A DNA stretch of 64,000 nucleotides from Eledone cirrhosa. Lineage: Eukaryota. Below the pieces are notes generated by a model. That model saw only the letters and a list, made by a program, of their open reading frames with translations. It had not been told where the DNA came from and made no database searches. Location: NCBI GenBank assembly GCA_964016885.1, contig CAXHJY010000795.1, positions 25,062 through 89,061 of the forward strand. The letters are read 5' to 3'. The translations under genes and the position numbers were made by a program. Shown here piece by piece: positions 51,183-63,444 of this stretch (within the stretch, counting starts at the first letter, position 1; the number at the start of each line of letters is the position of its first letter).

Positions 51183-52167
51183 TTAACGTCCATCTTCCAC
51201 GCTAACATGGGTTTGGACGGGGATTTCCCACTTGAGGCAAGAGTGATTGGCTTGCTCGCATAGGACTGTCTGGCGGGTTTTCTACGGCTGGATGCCCTTC
51301 CTAACACCAACCACATTTACAGTGTGGACTGGGAGGTTTTTACTGTGTTACCTACACGGCCACATTACAGCGTGGACTGTGTGTTTTTTTGTCGTGACAC
51401 CTACATGACCTCATTTATTTAGGACTGGATGTTGTGGTACCAACATACCTTTACATCGAAAAGGGTGGTGTGGATGGGGTGGGGGTGGTGGGATGGGGTG
51501 TATTTTGGTAAGAGGTGCCTACTGACTGTAGGTTTCACTTTGCACTTAGGCAAGGCAGGTCTTCTGTATTACTGCGTAGCGCCAAAGATCTCGGTCCAGT
51601 GACATTGTCTTGGTGAGGTGTAAGTGTGGGAGGTCGGAATTTATCAAGTCGTCCCAGGTTTTTCTGGATCTGCCTACTCCGTGGCTACCGTCTATTTTGA
51701 TCACCCTGCACTTTTTTATACAGCTGTCGTCTTTCATGCGCATCACGTGACCATACCAATGTAGTCTTCTCTCGAGTAAACAGCATCTGATCCCTCTTAT
51801 TCCTAATTTCTCACTTAGTTCATTTATGCTTTGCCGTTCACGTATATTACTATTACACATCCAACGGAGCATGCAAGCTTTGTTCCTCTCCAGTCTGCGT
51901 ATATCCTCTGCACACAATGCCCAAGTCTCACTGCCATGTAACATTGCTGTTCATAAGCAGGCATCATACAGCCTGCCTTTCATTTTTAGAGAGAACCCTT
52001 TAGTGGTCAATAGTGGTATAAGCTCTCTGAACTTTTTCCATCCCGTTTTGACTCTAGCTACTGTACTTTCAGAGCACCCTCCACCACTGCTGATTTTGTC
52101 ACCCAGGTAATGGAAGGTGTCCACTATCTCTATAGAACCATCTGTGCAATGGAATGAGCTAGTATTA
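51152..52167 (-). mobile_element. 5'-truncated RTE LINE (long-3'UTR subfamily) with TSD
   Basis: ORF 51546-51944. Flanking repeat TATGTACAAATATATATATAT at 51132 and 52168. Confidence 0.93.
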
Positions 52168-52172
52168 TATGT

Positions 52173-52203
<31 letters not shown>

Positions 52204-52247
52204 CGTGTACAAATATATATACATATCATCATCATCATCATCATCAT

Positions 52248-52415
52248 AATAATTGTTTCTACTTTAGGCACAAGCCCAGCAATTACCCAGTGCATTACTG
52301 GTACTTTATTTTATCAACCCCGTAAGGATGAAAAGCAAAGTCAACCTCGGCGGGATTTGAACTCAGATCGTAAAGGGACGTAACTATGCTGACCCTCTAC
52401 CGATACTGCCAATCC
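52248..52415 (-). mobile_element. SINE family B with an internal deletion
   Basis: Matches 9363-9546. Confidence 0.85.
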
Positions 52416-53356
52416 ATCATCATCATCATAATAATAATATATATACACACACACAAAGCCACATGGTATATTATTATGGTTGAATGGACTCTTAGTTGTA
52501 TAGTTATGTTGTGTATATATTATAACAGATATATACAATAGATATCAATACTGAATATATAACTTCATTATATGAACTCTCCAAGTCAAATATAATATAG
52601 CCATACTGTGGTATCTTAGAGTAGATATATATTCTAAATTTATAAGGAGGACGTTTTGTAAAAGGCAGCTTGGATAAATCTCAGAGTTAATAGAATAATT
52701 TAGCCAAGAGTGCGGTGATGAAACCAAGATAGGAACGGAATGGGTGTTGGTAAGAGATCGGTAAAGAAGTTTGATGAGCCAATGTTATTTGAAGCCCAGC
52801 CAAAAGTGATTGAATGAAACTAGTAGTATAGAGAGATTACAAAAACGACCAGTATTCTTTTCAATAAAATTCATAAGGAATCAAAGTTAATCTAAAGGAT
52901 AACAGCAAAGATTAATGTTATAAACCCTCTTCTCACTACTGAGATGGAATTTTCTTCGATGAAATTTCAAAGCCAATAATAACAGCATCAATCAGGCTTA
53001 TTGTTTTCACTACTTTCTTCTCCATGTATTTTTATTTTATTTATTTCTGCATTCACTCATTCATTTGTTCGCTGGTTCAGTCATTCTGAATATCATCATA
53101 TTCATTTAAATGAAAATGTAACCTTAGAAATAGTCAGAATATGTACTCTGATGTTGACACAAGAAACACATCTATCAAAACACAGTGAAGAAAATGAGAC
53201 AATTAAGATTACAATGACTCTGACCAGCCGAATATTGATCCATCTTTCACTAGGTTGGTTCACTGTATCATGAATGCAGAGCTAACTGGCCATGTGCTTT
53301 CAATGATCTCCCCTCACCTCCTTCCCCTTTCCTCTTCTTCTTTGTCCTTTTTCTTT

Positions 53357-53373
53357 GGTGTTGGTGGTGGTGG

Positions 53374-53407
<34 letters not shown>

Positions 53408-53500
53408 CTTCTTCTTCTTCTTCTTCTTCTTCTTCTTCTTCTTCTTCTTCTTCTTCTTCTTCTTCTTCTCCTCCTCCTCCTCCTCCTCCTCCTCCTCCTC
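53357..53500. repeat. Stepwise trinucleotide tract (GGT)n-(GTT)n-(CTT)n-(CCT)n
   Basis: Direct inspection. Confidence 0.95.
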
Positions 53501-53896
53501 ACATACACAATACGGGAGTGAAATAATTACAGTGTCTGTTTTATGCTGCCAATTCAAAAGGTTCATAGTTGTTATCCTCTGGCTCTGACTTACTAACTAG
53601 CTACTTTAGAGGCAAAGAATTATTATTATTAGTAGTTTGTAGTCTACCAACATTTTCAAGACTCATTTATTTGTGGTTTCAGTGAACTACAGTAATATAT
53701 CTTTTTTTTTTCCAATCAATTTTCCGTCTTATCATTCCAAGATTACATTGTTATTGGAGAGAACCAAAACCATTCTAATATTATTCATTGGCAACAAAGC
53801 TAAATGTTTGAAATATCTTTGACAAAAGCAGTTTACATTCATGTCAGCAAAATTCAATGAAATTACACGTGGAAAAGTTATTTTAGTCTCATTATA

Positions 53897-54297
53897 CAGA
53901 GTGAGTCATAAGTGACAGGGCAGTCATCAATGCATTTTTATTACAAGGTTCACAGATAACTTTTTGAACATCCACTTTTTGAAAATATTGAGGAACAGGT
54001 TGAAAACTTACTTTACTCAATACTTACTATTGTACAGAAAAGGCTTTATCTCATTGTTATTTATTTTGAGAACAATACCTTAATGTCAGTATGAGCAGCT
54101 AGTTATGACTGGTTTAAATAGAAACAGGTGAGAGAATTATGGCCAGATATGGCTGGTTTAAATGCTAAAGGGTTAATCATATTTTTTAACTACTTTTGTT
54201 TTATGTATTTATAGTTTTATAATGAATGACTAGAATGTTAATAGATAATATCATTTGGATAATTGTTTGATTCCCAGGTTACTTATAACTCAGCCTG
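53897..54297. mobile_element. Tc1/mariner-type MITE (~400 bp)
   Basis: TA-CAGAGTGAGTCATAAGTGACAGGG / CCCAGGTTACTTATAACTCAGCCTG-TA. Confidence 0.6.
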
Positions 54298-54909
54298 TAT
54301 ATATAAAAAAAGATATACATATATTTATAAAAACAACAACAAAACTGTTTTATTCACACCATGAGATAAATGATAAAGGAATATAACAGATTTTGTACAT
54401 TTTTTAATGACAGAAATGACTCTTTGATGTAATTATTTCAATTTTAACACACAGTCCCTCAAATCATCTCATCTAACAAACAAGTACAACTTCAAAAATA
54501 TTCGCTGCCTTTCTTTACAAAAGTATTAGTACAGTGGGTACTAATTAGTATTCTTAATGTTGGCAGCCAGAAAATTATTTAACCTATTAAAATTACATCT
54601 GTAATGAAAAGAAGAATTAGTAATGCCAACGATAATTTATGTAAATATGTAAAAAAAGAGGTGATGGAAGACTTTTCCAAAATCTAAATTCATTAAAACT
54701 TTCCCATTTCAAAAAACATATATAAGTAAAACCAACTTATTTTAGTCTAGCTTATATCTGCCACAAATCAAAAGATTTTGGCTTAAGTTTGATATGTTCA
54801 ATTCCTTCTCTGAGTTGATATTTTATCTTTATATTTTATCCTTTCATTGAGATGTCTAACTATTCAAGACAAATAACATTTTAATTGATATATATATATA
54901 TATATATAT

Positions 54910-55200
54910 AGAATGAGAAAATACAAAGTAGTTTAGATGTTAAAGTCCTTTATTGATTAGGCCGTGATACATATTTTGATGACAACAGTGGCCACGTGAT
55001 TCCACGTGTACCCAGTGCCATCATCTCATCAGACAGTTTCTTACATAATAAGGTTACAATCAGGAGGTAATCCAAAATTGAAGTGACAAGGGAATAGACA
55101 AACACGATGTTCATGAAGCGAATGTTGTCATCGAAATATGTATCACGTCCTTATCAATAAAGGACTTTATCATCTAAACTACTTTGTATTTCCTTATTCT
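54910..55200. mobile_element. Fold-back Penelope-like pLTR remnant containing a near-complete type I hammerhead (minus strand, 54961-55036)
   Basis: ~78-bp inverted arms. Minus strand reads CTGT-CTGATGA-GATGATGGCA..TGTTGTCATC-AAAATATGTATC-ACGG, then AATAAA. Confidence 0.7.
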
Positions 55201-55284
55201 AAAAATACTTCGTCATTTGTATGTGGAAAAATGTACGCTGAGTTCTCAAATTGAATTACATCAATGTTTGCCATATATATATAT

Positions 55285-57722
55285 ATCATCATCATCATCA
55301 TCATCAGGTTTAGCGTCCGTGTTCCACGCTTGCATGGGTTTGGACGGGGGTTTTCCCACTTGAGACAAGAGTGGTTGTCTTGCTCGCATAGGACTGTCTG
55401 GCGGGTTTTCTACAGCTGGATGCCCTTCCTAACACCAACCACATTTACAGTGTGGGTCTGGGAGGTTTTTACCGTGTTGCCTACACGGCCACATTACAGC
55501 GTGGACTGTCTGGCGGGTTTTCTACAGCTGGATGCCCTTCCTAACACCAACCACATTTACAGTGTGGGGCTGGGAGGTTTTTACCGTGTTGCCTACACGG
55601 CCACATTTACAGCGTGGACTGTGTGTTTTTTTGTCGTGACACCTACACGATCTCATTTGTTTCGGCCTGGATGTTGTGGGACCAACATAACTGTACATTG
55701 AAAGGGGCGGTGTGGATGGGGTGGAGGTGGTGGGACGGGGGGGGGGGGTGTTTTGATAGAGATGCCTACTGACTGTAGTAGGTTTTTACTTTGTATTTAG
55801 GTAAGGCGGGTCTTCTCTATTACTGAGTACCGCCAAAGGTCTCGGTCCAGTGACATTGTCTTGGAGAGGTGTAAGCGTGTGAGGTCGGAATTTATCAGCT
55901 CGTCCCATGTTTTTCTGGGTCTGCCTACTCCGTGGCTACCGTCTATCTTTATTGCCCTGCACTTTGTTATACAGCTGTCGTCTTTCATGCGCATCACGTG
56001 ACCGTACCAACGTAGCCTTCTCTCGAGTAAACAACATCTGATCCCTCTTATTTCTAATTTTTTCCTTAGTTCGTTTATGCTTTGCCGTTCACGTATATTA
56101 CTATTGCACATCCAGCGGAGCATGCAAGCTTCGTTCCTCTCTAGTCTGCGTATATCCTCTGCACACAATGCCCAGGTCTCACTGCCATGCAGCATTGCTG
56201 TTCGTATGCAGGCATCGTATAACCTGCCTTTCATTTTTAGGGAGAACCCTCTAGCGGCTAATAGTGGTATAAGCTCTCTGAACTTTTTCCATCCAGTTCT
56301 GACTCTAGCTACTGTACTTTCAGAGCACCCTCCCCCACTGCTGATTTTGTCACCCAGGTAACGGAAGCTGTCCACTATTTCTATAGAACCCTCTGCGCAG
56401 TTGAAGGAGCTAGTATTTTGTGGGCACTTGCTGCTACTTATTGCACCAGAGCACCGGCCACATGTAAAATCTATGTTCTTAGTTAGCTTACCTGTGATCC
56501 CACTACATCTTTTATGCACCCATACTTTGCATTTGGGATATAAAATGGAGTTTCTACCTACGCCTTTCCTACACCCTGAGCATGGCCATTTCCCAGATGG
56601 GACTGCCGCCATATTTTCTTTCCTACAAACTAGAACTTTTGTCTTAGCCAGGTTAATTTTAAGGCCTTTTGATTCTAGGCCGTGCTTCCATGTTTGGAAT
56701 TTCTTCTCTAGTTCGGTCATTGATTCAGCTATGAGCGTTAGATCATCTGCGTATAGGAGTTCCCATGGGCAGCCGGTCTTGAACTCCTCTGTTATAGCCT
56801 GAAGGGCAATAATAAATAGTAGGGGGCTAAGAACAGAGCCCTGATGGACACCAACTTTTACGCTAAACTCTTCACTATATTCGTTGTTAATTCTAACCTT
56901 ACTGACTGTTTCTTTATACATGGCTTGTATAGCTCTCACAAGCCATTCGTCAACACCTAGTTTTCTAAGAGACCACCAGATAATGGAACGGGGAACTCTG
57001 TCGAAGGCTTTCTCCAAGTCGACGAAAGCTAAGTATAGGGGTTTACTTTTAGCTAGGTACTTCTCCTGTAGTTGTCGTACAATGAAAAGAGCGTCTGTGG
57101 TACTTTTGCCTGACACAAATCCGAACTGCATTTCATCTAGATCAATTCTCTCTCTGATTAGTTGCGCTATTACTTTTTCCGTGACCTTCATGACCTGGTC
57201 GATTAATTTAATGCCTCTATAGTTACTCCTATCTAGGGCATCTCCTTTTCCCTTATAGCAGTTAACGATGATGCTGCTACGCCAGTCCTTCGGAACAACC
57301 CCATTCTGTATGACTTGGTTAACTATCCGGGTGACCATGGTGTGTCCCACCGAACCAGATGCCTTCAGCATCTCAGCAACTATTTCCGAAGGACCAGCCG
57401 CCTTACCCGTCTTCATATCTTTGATTGCCTTGCTTATTGTACTACCCTGGACTAACACTGCTGGTCCCTCTATTGGGTCGATGTGGGGGAGACTGTCTTT
57501 CTCCCATTTGTTCTCCTCATTTAGAAGCCTTTCGTAGTGACACTTCCAAGCTACCTTCTTATCAGCGTCGGTGATGGCAAGTATGCCATCATCGTTAAGC
57601 ACACACTTCTCCCCGACAATATCACGGTTTTCCTTGACACATTGCCTGGCAATCCTGAACACCTCACGTTTTTGGTCCTCACGTTTTTGGTCCTCACGTT
57701 GTAGAACATGCTTGAACTTTCT
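55285..57722 (-). mobile_element. RTE LINE, 5'-truncated, with an intact 621-aa RT-containing frame
   Basis: ORF 55797-57662 has NYRGIKL, FVDLEKAFDRV, GVHQGSVLSP, YADD and RWYGHVMR. The 3' UTR has a ~113-bp tandem duplication. Confidence 0.97.
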
Positions 57723-57825
57723 TTATATATATATATATATATATATATGCTGTGCCAAGAGTTTCTGAAGAATAGATCAAGGAAATACAGAGCTCTATGT
57801 AATTTACAGAGTGCCAAAGTATATT

Positions 57826-57976
57826 ATATAAAAAAGTTCTCAAGACAAATGCATGTTACCTAAGGTTTCCATTCAACCATCTTAGTTTTGCCTGAAGATA
57901 ACTAAACTAGCAGATAGAGAATGGTGGTTGTATTTTGAAACCTTAGGTAGCATGAATTTGTGTTGAGATTTTATAT
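57826..57976 (+). mobile_element. Fold-back pLTR remnant with a hammerhead core
   Basis: TGC-CTGAAGA-...-GAA-ACC-TTA-GGT-A-GCA (57889-57952), with inverted arms around it. Confidence 0.6.
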
Positions 57977-58385
57977 ATATATATAGATAAAAAGAGCTTA
58001 ACACATAAACGATGCAGTAGGGTTTATTTCTAGTATTTACATGTTTCATTGCCTGCTGTGTGTTTTATCCAGTCTTGAAATTGCTATTCTCAATTATCAA
58101 TCGAGAAAAATCAAATTCAAATACAGAGGAATATTTCTTACTATGTACATGGATATCTCATATATCTATATCACCGTTTAATGGCTATTTTCTACACTAG
58201 CATGGGTTAGATGCTCATACAGAACTGATTTGGGCTTGGTTTCTACAACTGCATGCTCTTCTTAATGCCAACCACATTTATTGTGTGTACTGGGTGCTTT
58301 TTTCGTGACACTTACATCACCACTTTACTGTGTGTACTGGGTACTTTTTGTTGTGACACCTATATGACCACTTTACAGTGTTATA

Positions 58386-59656
58386 CAGGGTGTGGGCGGT
58401 AGTTGAGGACAGATTTATGGTTAAAAAAACACTTTTATAATAACAGAAAAAAACTGAATTCTTATAAAAATAACATAAACATAAAGCTAAATTATCAATT
58501 TAATAATTTCATTCAATAAAACTACCATAAGCATCAATAACTGCTTCTACACAGGGTCAAAATCATTTGCAAGCTCGGATTAAGTGGTCCTTGTTCATAT
58601 TGGACATGACTCGAATTATGGCAGCTTTCAAAGAATCTTTGGTGCTATGGAGGTGTTCATTGACATTTTTCTCAACGATGCTCCATACATAGTAGTCCAG
58701 TGGATTGAGATCTGGAGAATTAGGAGGCCAAATGTTGGGGGTGATGTGATCATGCAAATTGTCAGCCATCCATTCTTGTGTCATTTGAGCCTTGTGTGAT
58801 GGTGCAGAATCTTGTTGAAAGAGGCCTTACATTGCATACACTGTTGATCCAAGGCTTAACAACTTTATCCAGAACCTCAATATATGCAGCAGTATTCACC
58901 CTAAGGCCTTGTGGAAAAAAGTGAGGAGGCATCACATGTTCTTCATTGCTAACAATACCCAAAACCATGACACTTGCAAGAATTTTGTGTGCATTACTCT
59001 TGTGTGCATTACTCTTGGAACCTCACAAGGGTCTGCACATAGCTACCTGACATTTCTTCTATTAGTTTTGTGGTCCTGGTCAAAGTTTTTCTCATCTGAG
59101 AAAAACCAAATCACACCATCTTCTGATGGATTTTTAAGTTTGTTTAAAAGTCTTTTGGATCTGATTAAACGCTTTTCTTTTGTTTTTTCTGACATGAATC
59201 GACCTCTCCTCATCACATAAGATTTGTATCTGATGTCTTCATGCACAACATTTCTGATTGTTTTTTCTGACACACCAAAATCTTTTGCAATTGACCTCAT
59301 TGATTTTCCTGGACTGTCATCAATGTTTTGCTTAACTTCCTGAATAAATTCAGGTGTCCTGATAGAATCAGTGTTTGGAAAGTTTTTTACGTTTTGTTAC
59401 AGGTAATACACTTCCATCTTCTTTCTCTAACTCACACCGAATCTTGTGGACAAAAGATCTTGCAACTTTCAGAAAACGAGAAATTTTTAAATCCCTATGC
59501 TTAGACTTCAAAGCCACAATCACAGCATGCCTTTTCATTTCATTAGAAAGCATAGTTATTTTCATTGTTATTTTCTGAAATGGAAGTTCAATAAAAATTA
59601 GTCAAATAAAATATTAACTAAAAATACATGTGTCCTCAAATACCGTCCGCACCCTG
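58386..59656 (-). mobile_element. Full-length decayed Tc1/mariner transposon, DD37D (maT) type
   Basis: TIRs CAGGGTGTGGGCGGTAGTTGAGGACA / TGTCCTCAAATACCGTCCGCACCCTG, with TA TSD. Transposase pieces FFSDEKNF and FQQDSAPSH...WPPNSPDLNPLDY, with 37 residues counted between the second and third D. Several frameshifts. Confidence 0.93.
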
Positions 59657-59709
59657 TATATAAATAAATATATATATATATTGGATCTCAGGAATTTTAC
59701 CCACCCTAG

Positions 59710-62473
59710 ATCATCATCATCATCATCATCATCATCGTTTAACGTCCATGTTCCACGCTTGCATGGGTTTGGACGGGAATTTTCCCACTTGAGGCAAGAG
59801 TGGTTGTCTTGCTCGCATAGGACTGTCTGGCGGGTTTTCTACAGCTGAATGCCCTTCCTAACACCAACCACATTTACAGTGTGGGGCTGGGAGGTTTTTA
59901 CCGTGTTGCCTACACGGCCACATTACAGCGTGGACTGTGTGTTTTTTTGTCATGCCACCTACACGATCTCATTTGTTTCGGCCTGGATGTTGTGGCACCA
60001 ACATAACTTTACATTGAAAGGGGCGGTGTGGATGGGGTGGGGGTGGTGGGACGGGGGTGTATTTTGTTAGAGATGCCTACTGACTGTAGTAGGTTTTACT
60101 TTGTATTTAGGTAAGGCGGGTCTTCTCTATTACTGAGTACCGCCAAAGGTCTCAGTCCAGTGACATTGTCTTGGAGAGGTGTAAGTGTGTGAGGTCGGAA
60201 TTTATCAGCTCGTCCCAGGTTTTTCTGGGTCTGCCTACTCCGTGGCTACCATCTATCTTTATTGCCCTGCACTTTGTTATACAGCTGTCGTCTTTCATGC
60301 GCATCACATGACCATACCAACGTAGCCTTCTCTCGAGTAAACAACATCTGATCCCTCTTATTTCTAATTTTTTCCTTAGTTCGTTTATGCTTTGCCGTTC
60401 ACGTATATTACTATTACACATCCAGCGGAGCATGCAAGCTTCGTTCCTCTCTAGTCTGCGTATATCCTCTGCACACAATGCCCAGGTCTCACTGCCATGC
60501 AACATTGCTGTTCGTATGCAGGCATCATACAACCTGCCTTTCATTTTTAGGGAGAACCCTCTAGCGGCTAATAGTGGTATAAGCTCTCTGAACTTTTTCC
60601 ATCCAGTTCTGACTCTAGGTACTGTACTTTCAGAGCACCCTCCCCCGCTGCTGATTTTGTCACCCAGGTAATGGAAGCTGTCCACTATTTCTATAGAACC
60701 CTCTGCGCAATTGAAAGAGCTAGTATTTGTGGGCACTTGCCGCTACTTATTGCACCAGAGCACCGGCCACATGTAAAATCTATGTTCTTAGTTAGCTTAC
60801 CTGTGATCCCACTACATCTTTTATGCACCCATACTTTGTATTTGGGACATAAAATGGAGTTTCTACCTACGCCTTTCCTACACACTGAGCATGGCCATTT
60901 CCCGGAAGGGACCGGCGCCTTATTTTCTTTCCTACAAACTAGAACTTTAGTCTTAGCCAGGTTAATTTTAAGGCCTTTTGATTCTAGGCCATGCTTCCAT
61001 GTTTGGAATTTCTTCTCTAGCTCGGCCATTGATTCAGCTATGAGCGTTAGATCATCTGCGTACAGGAGTTCCCATGGGCAGCCGGTCTTGAACTCCACTG
61101 TTATAGCCTGAAGGGCAATAATAGTAGGGGGCTAAGAACAGAGCCCTGATGAACACCAACTTTTACACTAAACTCTTCACTATATTCATTGTTAATTCTA
61201 ACCTTGCTGACTGTTTCTTTATACATGGCTTGTATAGCTCTCACAAGCCATTCGTCAACACCTAGTTTTCTAAGAGCCCACCAGATAATGGAACGGGGGA
61301 CTCTGTCGAAGGCTTTCTCCAAGTCAGCAAAAGCTAAGTATAGGGGTTTACTTTTAGCTAGGTACTTCTCCTGTAGTTGTCGTACAATGAAAAGAGCGTC
61401 TGTGGTACTTTTGCCTGACACAAATCCGAACTGCATTTCATCTAGATCAATTCTCTCTCTGATTAGTTGCGCTATTACTTTTTCCGTGACCTTCATGACC
61501 TGGTCGATTAATTTAATGCCTCTATAGTTACTCCTATCTAGGGCATCTCCTTTACCCTTGTAACAGTTAATGATGATGCTGCTACGCCAGTCCTTCGGAA
61601 CAACCCCATTCTGTATGACTTGGTTTACTATCCGGGTGACCATGGTGTGTCCCACCGTTCCAGAGGCTTTCAGCATCTCAGCAACTATTTCCGAAGGCCC
61701 AGCCGCCTTACCCGTCTTCATATCTTTGATTGCCTTACTTATTATACTACCTTTGACTAACACTGCCGGTCCCTCTATTGGGTCGATGTGGGGGAGACTG
61801 TCTTTCTCCCATTTATTCTCCTCATTTAGAAACCTTTCGTAGTGACACTTCCAAGCTACCTTCTTATCAGCGTCAGTGATGGCAAGTACGCCATCATCAT
61901 TAAGTACACACTTCTCCCCGACAATATCACGGTTTTCCTTGACACATTGCTTAGCAATCCTGAACACCTCACATTTTTGTTCCTCGTGTTGTAGAACATG
62001 CTTGAACTTTCTTTCCTCTGCTTCTCTTCTTGCGAAGTACAATTGTCTCCTAGCTTCCCTCCTGGCCACTTGATAGTCTTCTCTACTTCCCCCATCTCGC
62101 CATACTTTCCAAGCCTGCTTTTTGGCCTTAATTGACTCCTCCACCTTACTGTTCCACCACCATGTTACTCTCCTCCTACCTACAGGCCTGCTCCAGCCAC
62201 AGACTTCGTCTGCTGCCGTCAGCAGGTTTGCTTTCAGGAATTGCCACTGTTCCTCTATATTATACGACTCTAATTGTTCTTCCTTACTGTCGAAAGCATC
62301 AAGTAACATGCTTTGAAATTTATTTCTGGCTGTGGGGTCCTTTAACTTCCATATTTTTCTCCTGAGGATAGTCCTCTTCTGTTGTCTAATACGTCTCGTC
62401 CTGACTATGAGGTCGCTAATTAGCAGTCTATGTTGGGAGGTGCATTCTTCATGGGGGAGGGATTTAGTGTTAG
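59710..62473 (-). mobile_element. RTE LINE, longest copy (end of endonuclease + RT), frameshifted
   Basis: ORFs 61101-62309, 60691-61098 and 60152-60736. The 5' end reads PHEECTSQHRLLISDL (APE C-terminal motif). Has the 3' UTR and (GAT)n tail. Confidence 0.96.
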
Positions 62474-62488
62474 ATATATATATATATA

Positions 62489-63241
62489 CTAAGAGAATGG
62501 CCCGGTGTTGCTCTGGCTCCTAAACATAGATTGGCAAGTTTATCCTTCCTTTCTGAAACAGTACAGAGAAGTACAGAATACCTTGGCCTGGAGATGGTGT
62601 CTACATTTTGTGCTTATAAAAAAAAATTGTCATAGATTACCAGGGGTTTAATTTAATTGGGTGCTTGAGAGTAAAATGTTCAACCCACGAAAGCCAAGAC
62701 AATAGGGTTAAGTAAAAAGGCATTCGACAAACTGAACATGTATTTATTGTGCTATGGTACAATGAAAGCAATAGTTACAGAGCAGTAAGCATGTGGGACT
62801 GCAGTGGTGAAGAGCATGAAGGAATTTAGTTGGATACTTTTAAGGTTACAAAAATCTACCCAATCTGATATAGACCGAACTGTTATATCGGATGCCGAAT
62901 GCTTCGGAGTTACTATTGGTGTCACCATCAACAATTTCAAGGGATGTACATTTAAGTAGGGATGATATAGTCTATAAAGAGAGGTAACTCTTTCAAAATA
63001 CTAAAGAGTTTTCTCTCTTGAACATTGTAGACAAAATTGCTGAACTAACTGACAAAAAGGGCTTAAAGTTTTAGTGAAAAAAAACGCCTTTAACAACAGA
63101 AAATTGAAAAATAAAAGCTGCTGTTAATATCTTTAGACCGCAAGGAATATATAAATGCAAGTTTGAATTCAATCGGAGTAGAAATGTGGATTTGTATAGA
63201 CTTTGCTAAAATTAGGACACACACACAGACAACTTCAGTTT

Positions 63242-63250
<9 letters not shown>
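62489..63250 (-). mobile_element. Non-autonomous Helitron
   Basis: Minus-strand 5' end TATATAAAACTGAAGTTGTCTGTGTGTG and 3' end CCAGAGCAACACCGGGCCATTCTCTTAG|T (subterminal hairpin remnant plus a CTAG-like end). Confidence 0.65.
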
Positions 63251-63284
<34 letters not shown>

Positions 63285-63444
63285 CACACACAAACACACA
63301 TGTATAAGTTGCATCAGTAGATAAGTCATTTCTCTGTTTTCTGTACAATATTTACAATAATCATCATCATCATCATTGTTTAACATCTGGTTTTCCATGC
63401 AAACATAGGTTGGCTGGGTCATCACAGATGAGTAAATCTGGACT

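Noticed and set aside
58386-59656. Active transposase gene
   Set aside because: The coding region is split over four ORFs by frameshifts and stops.
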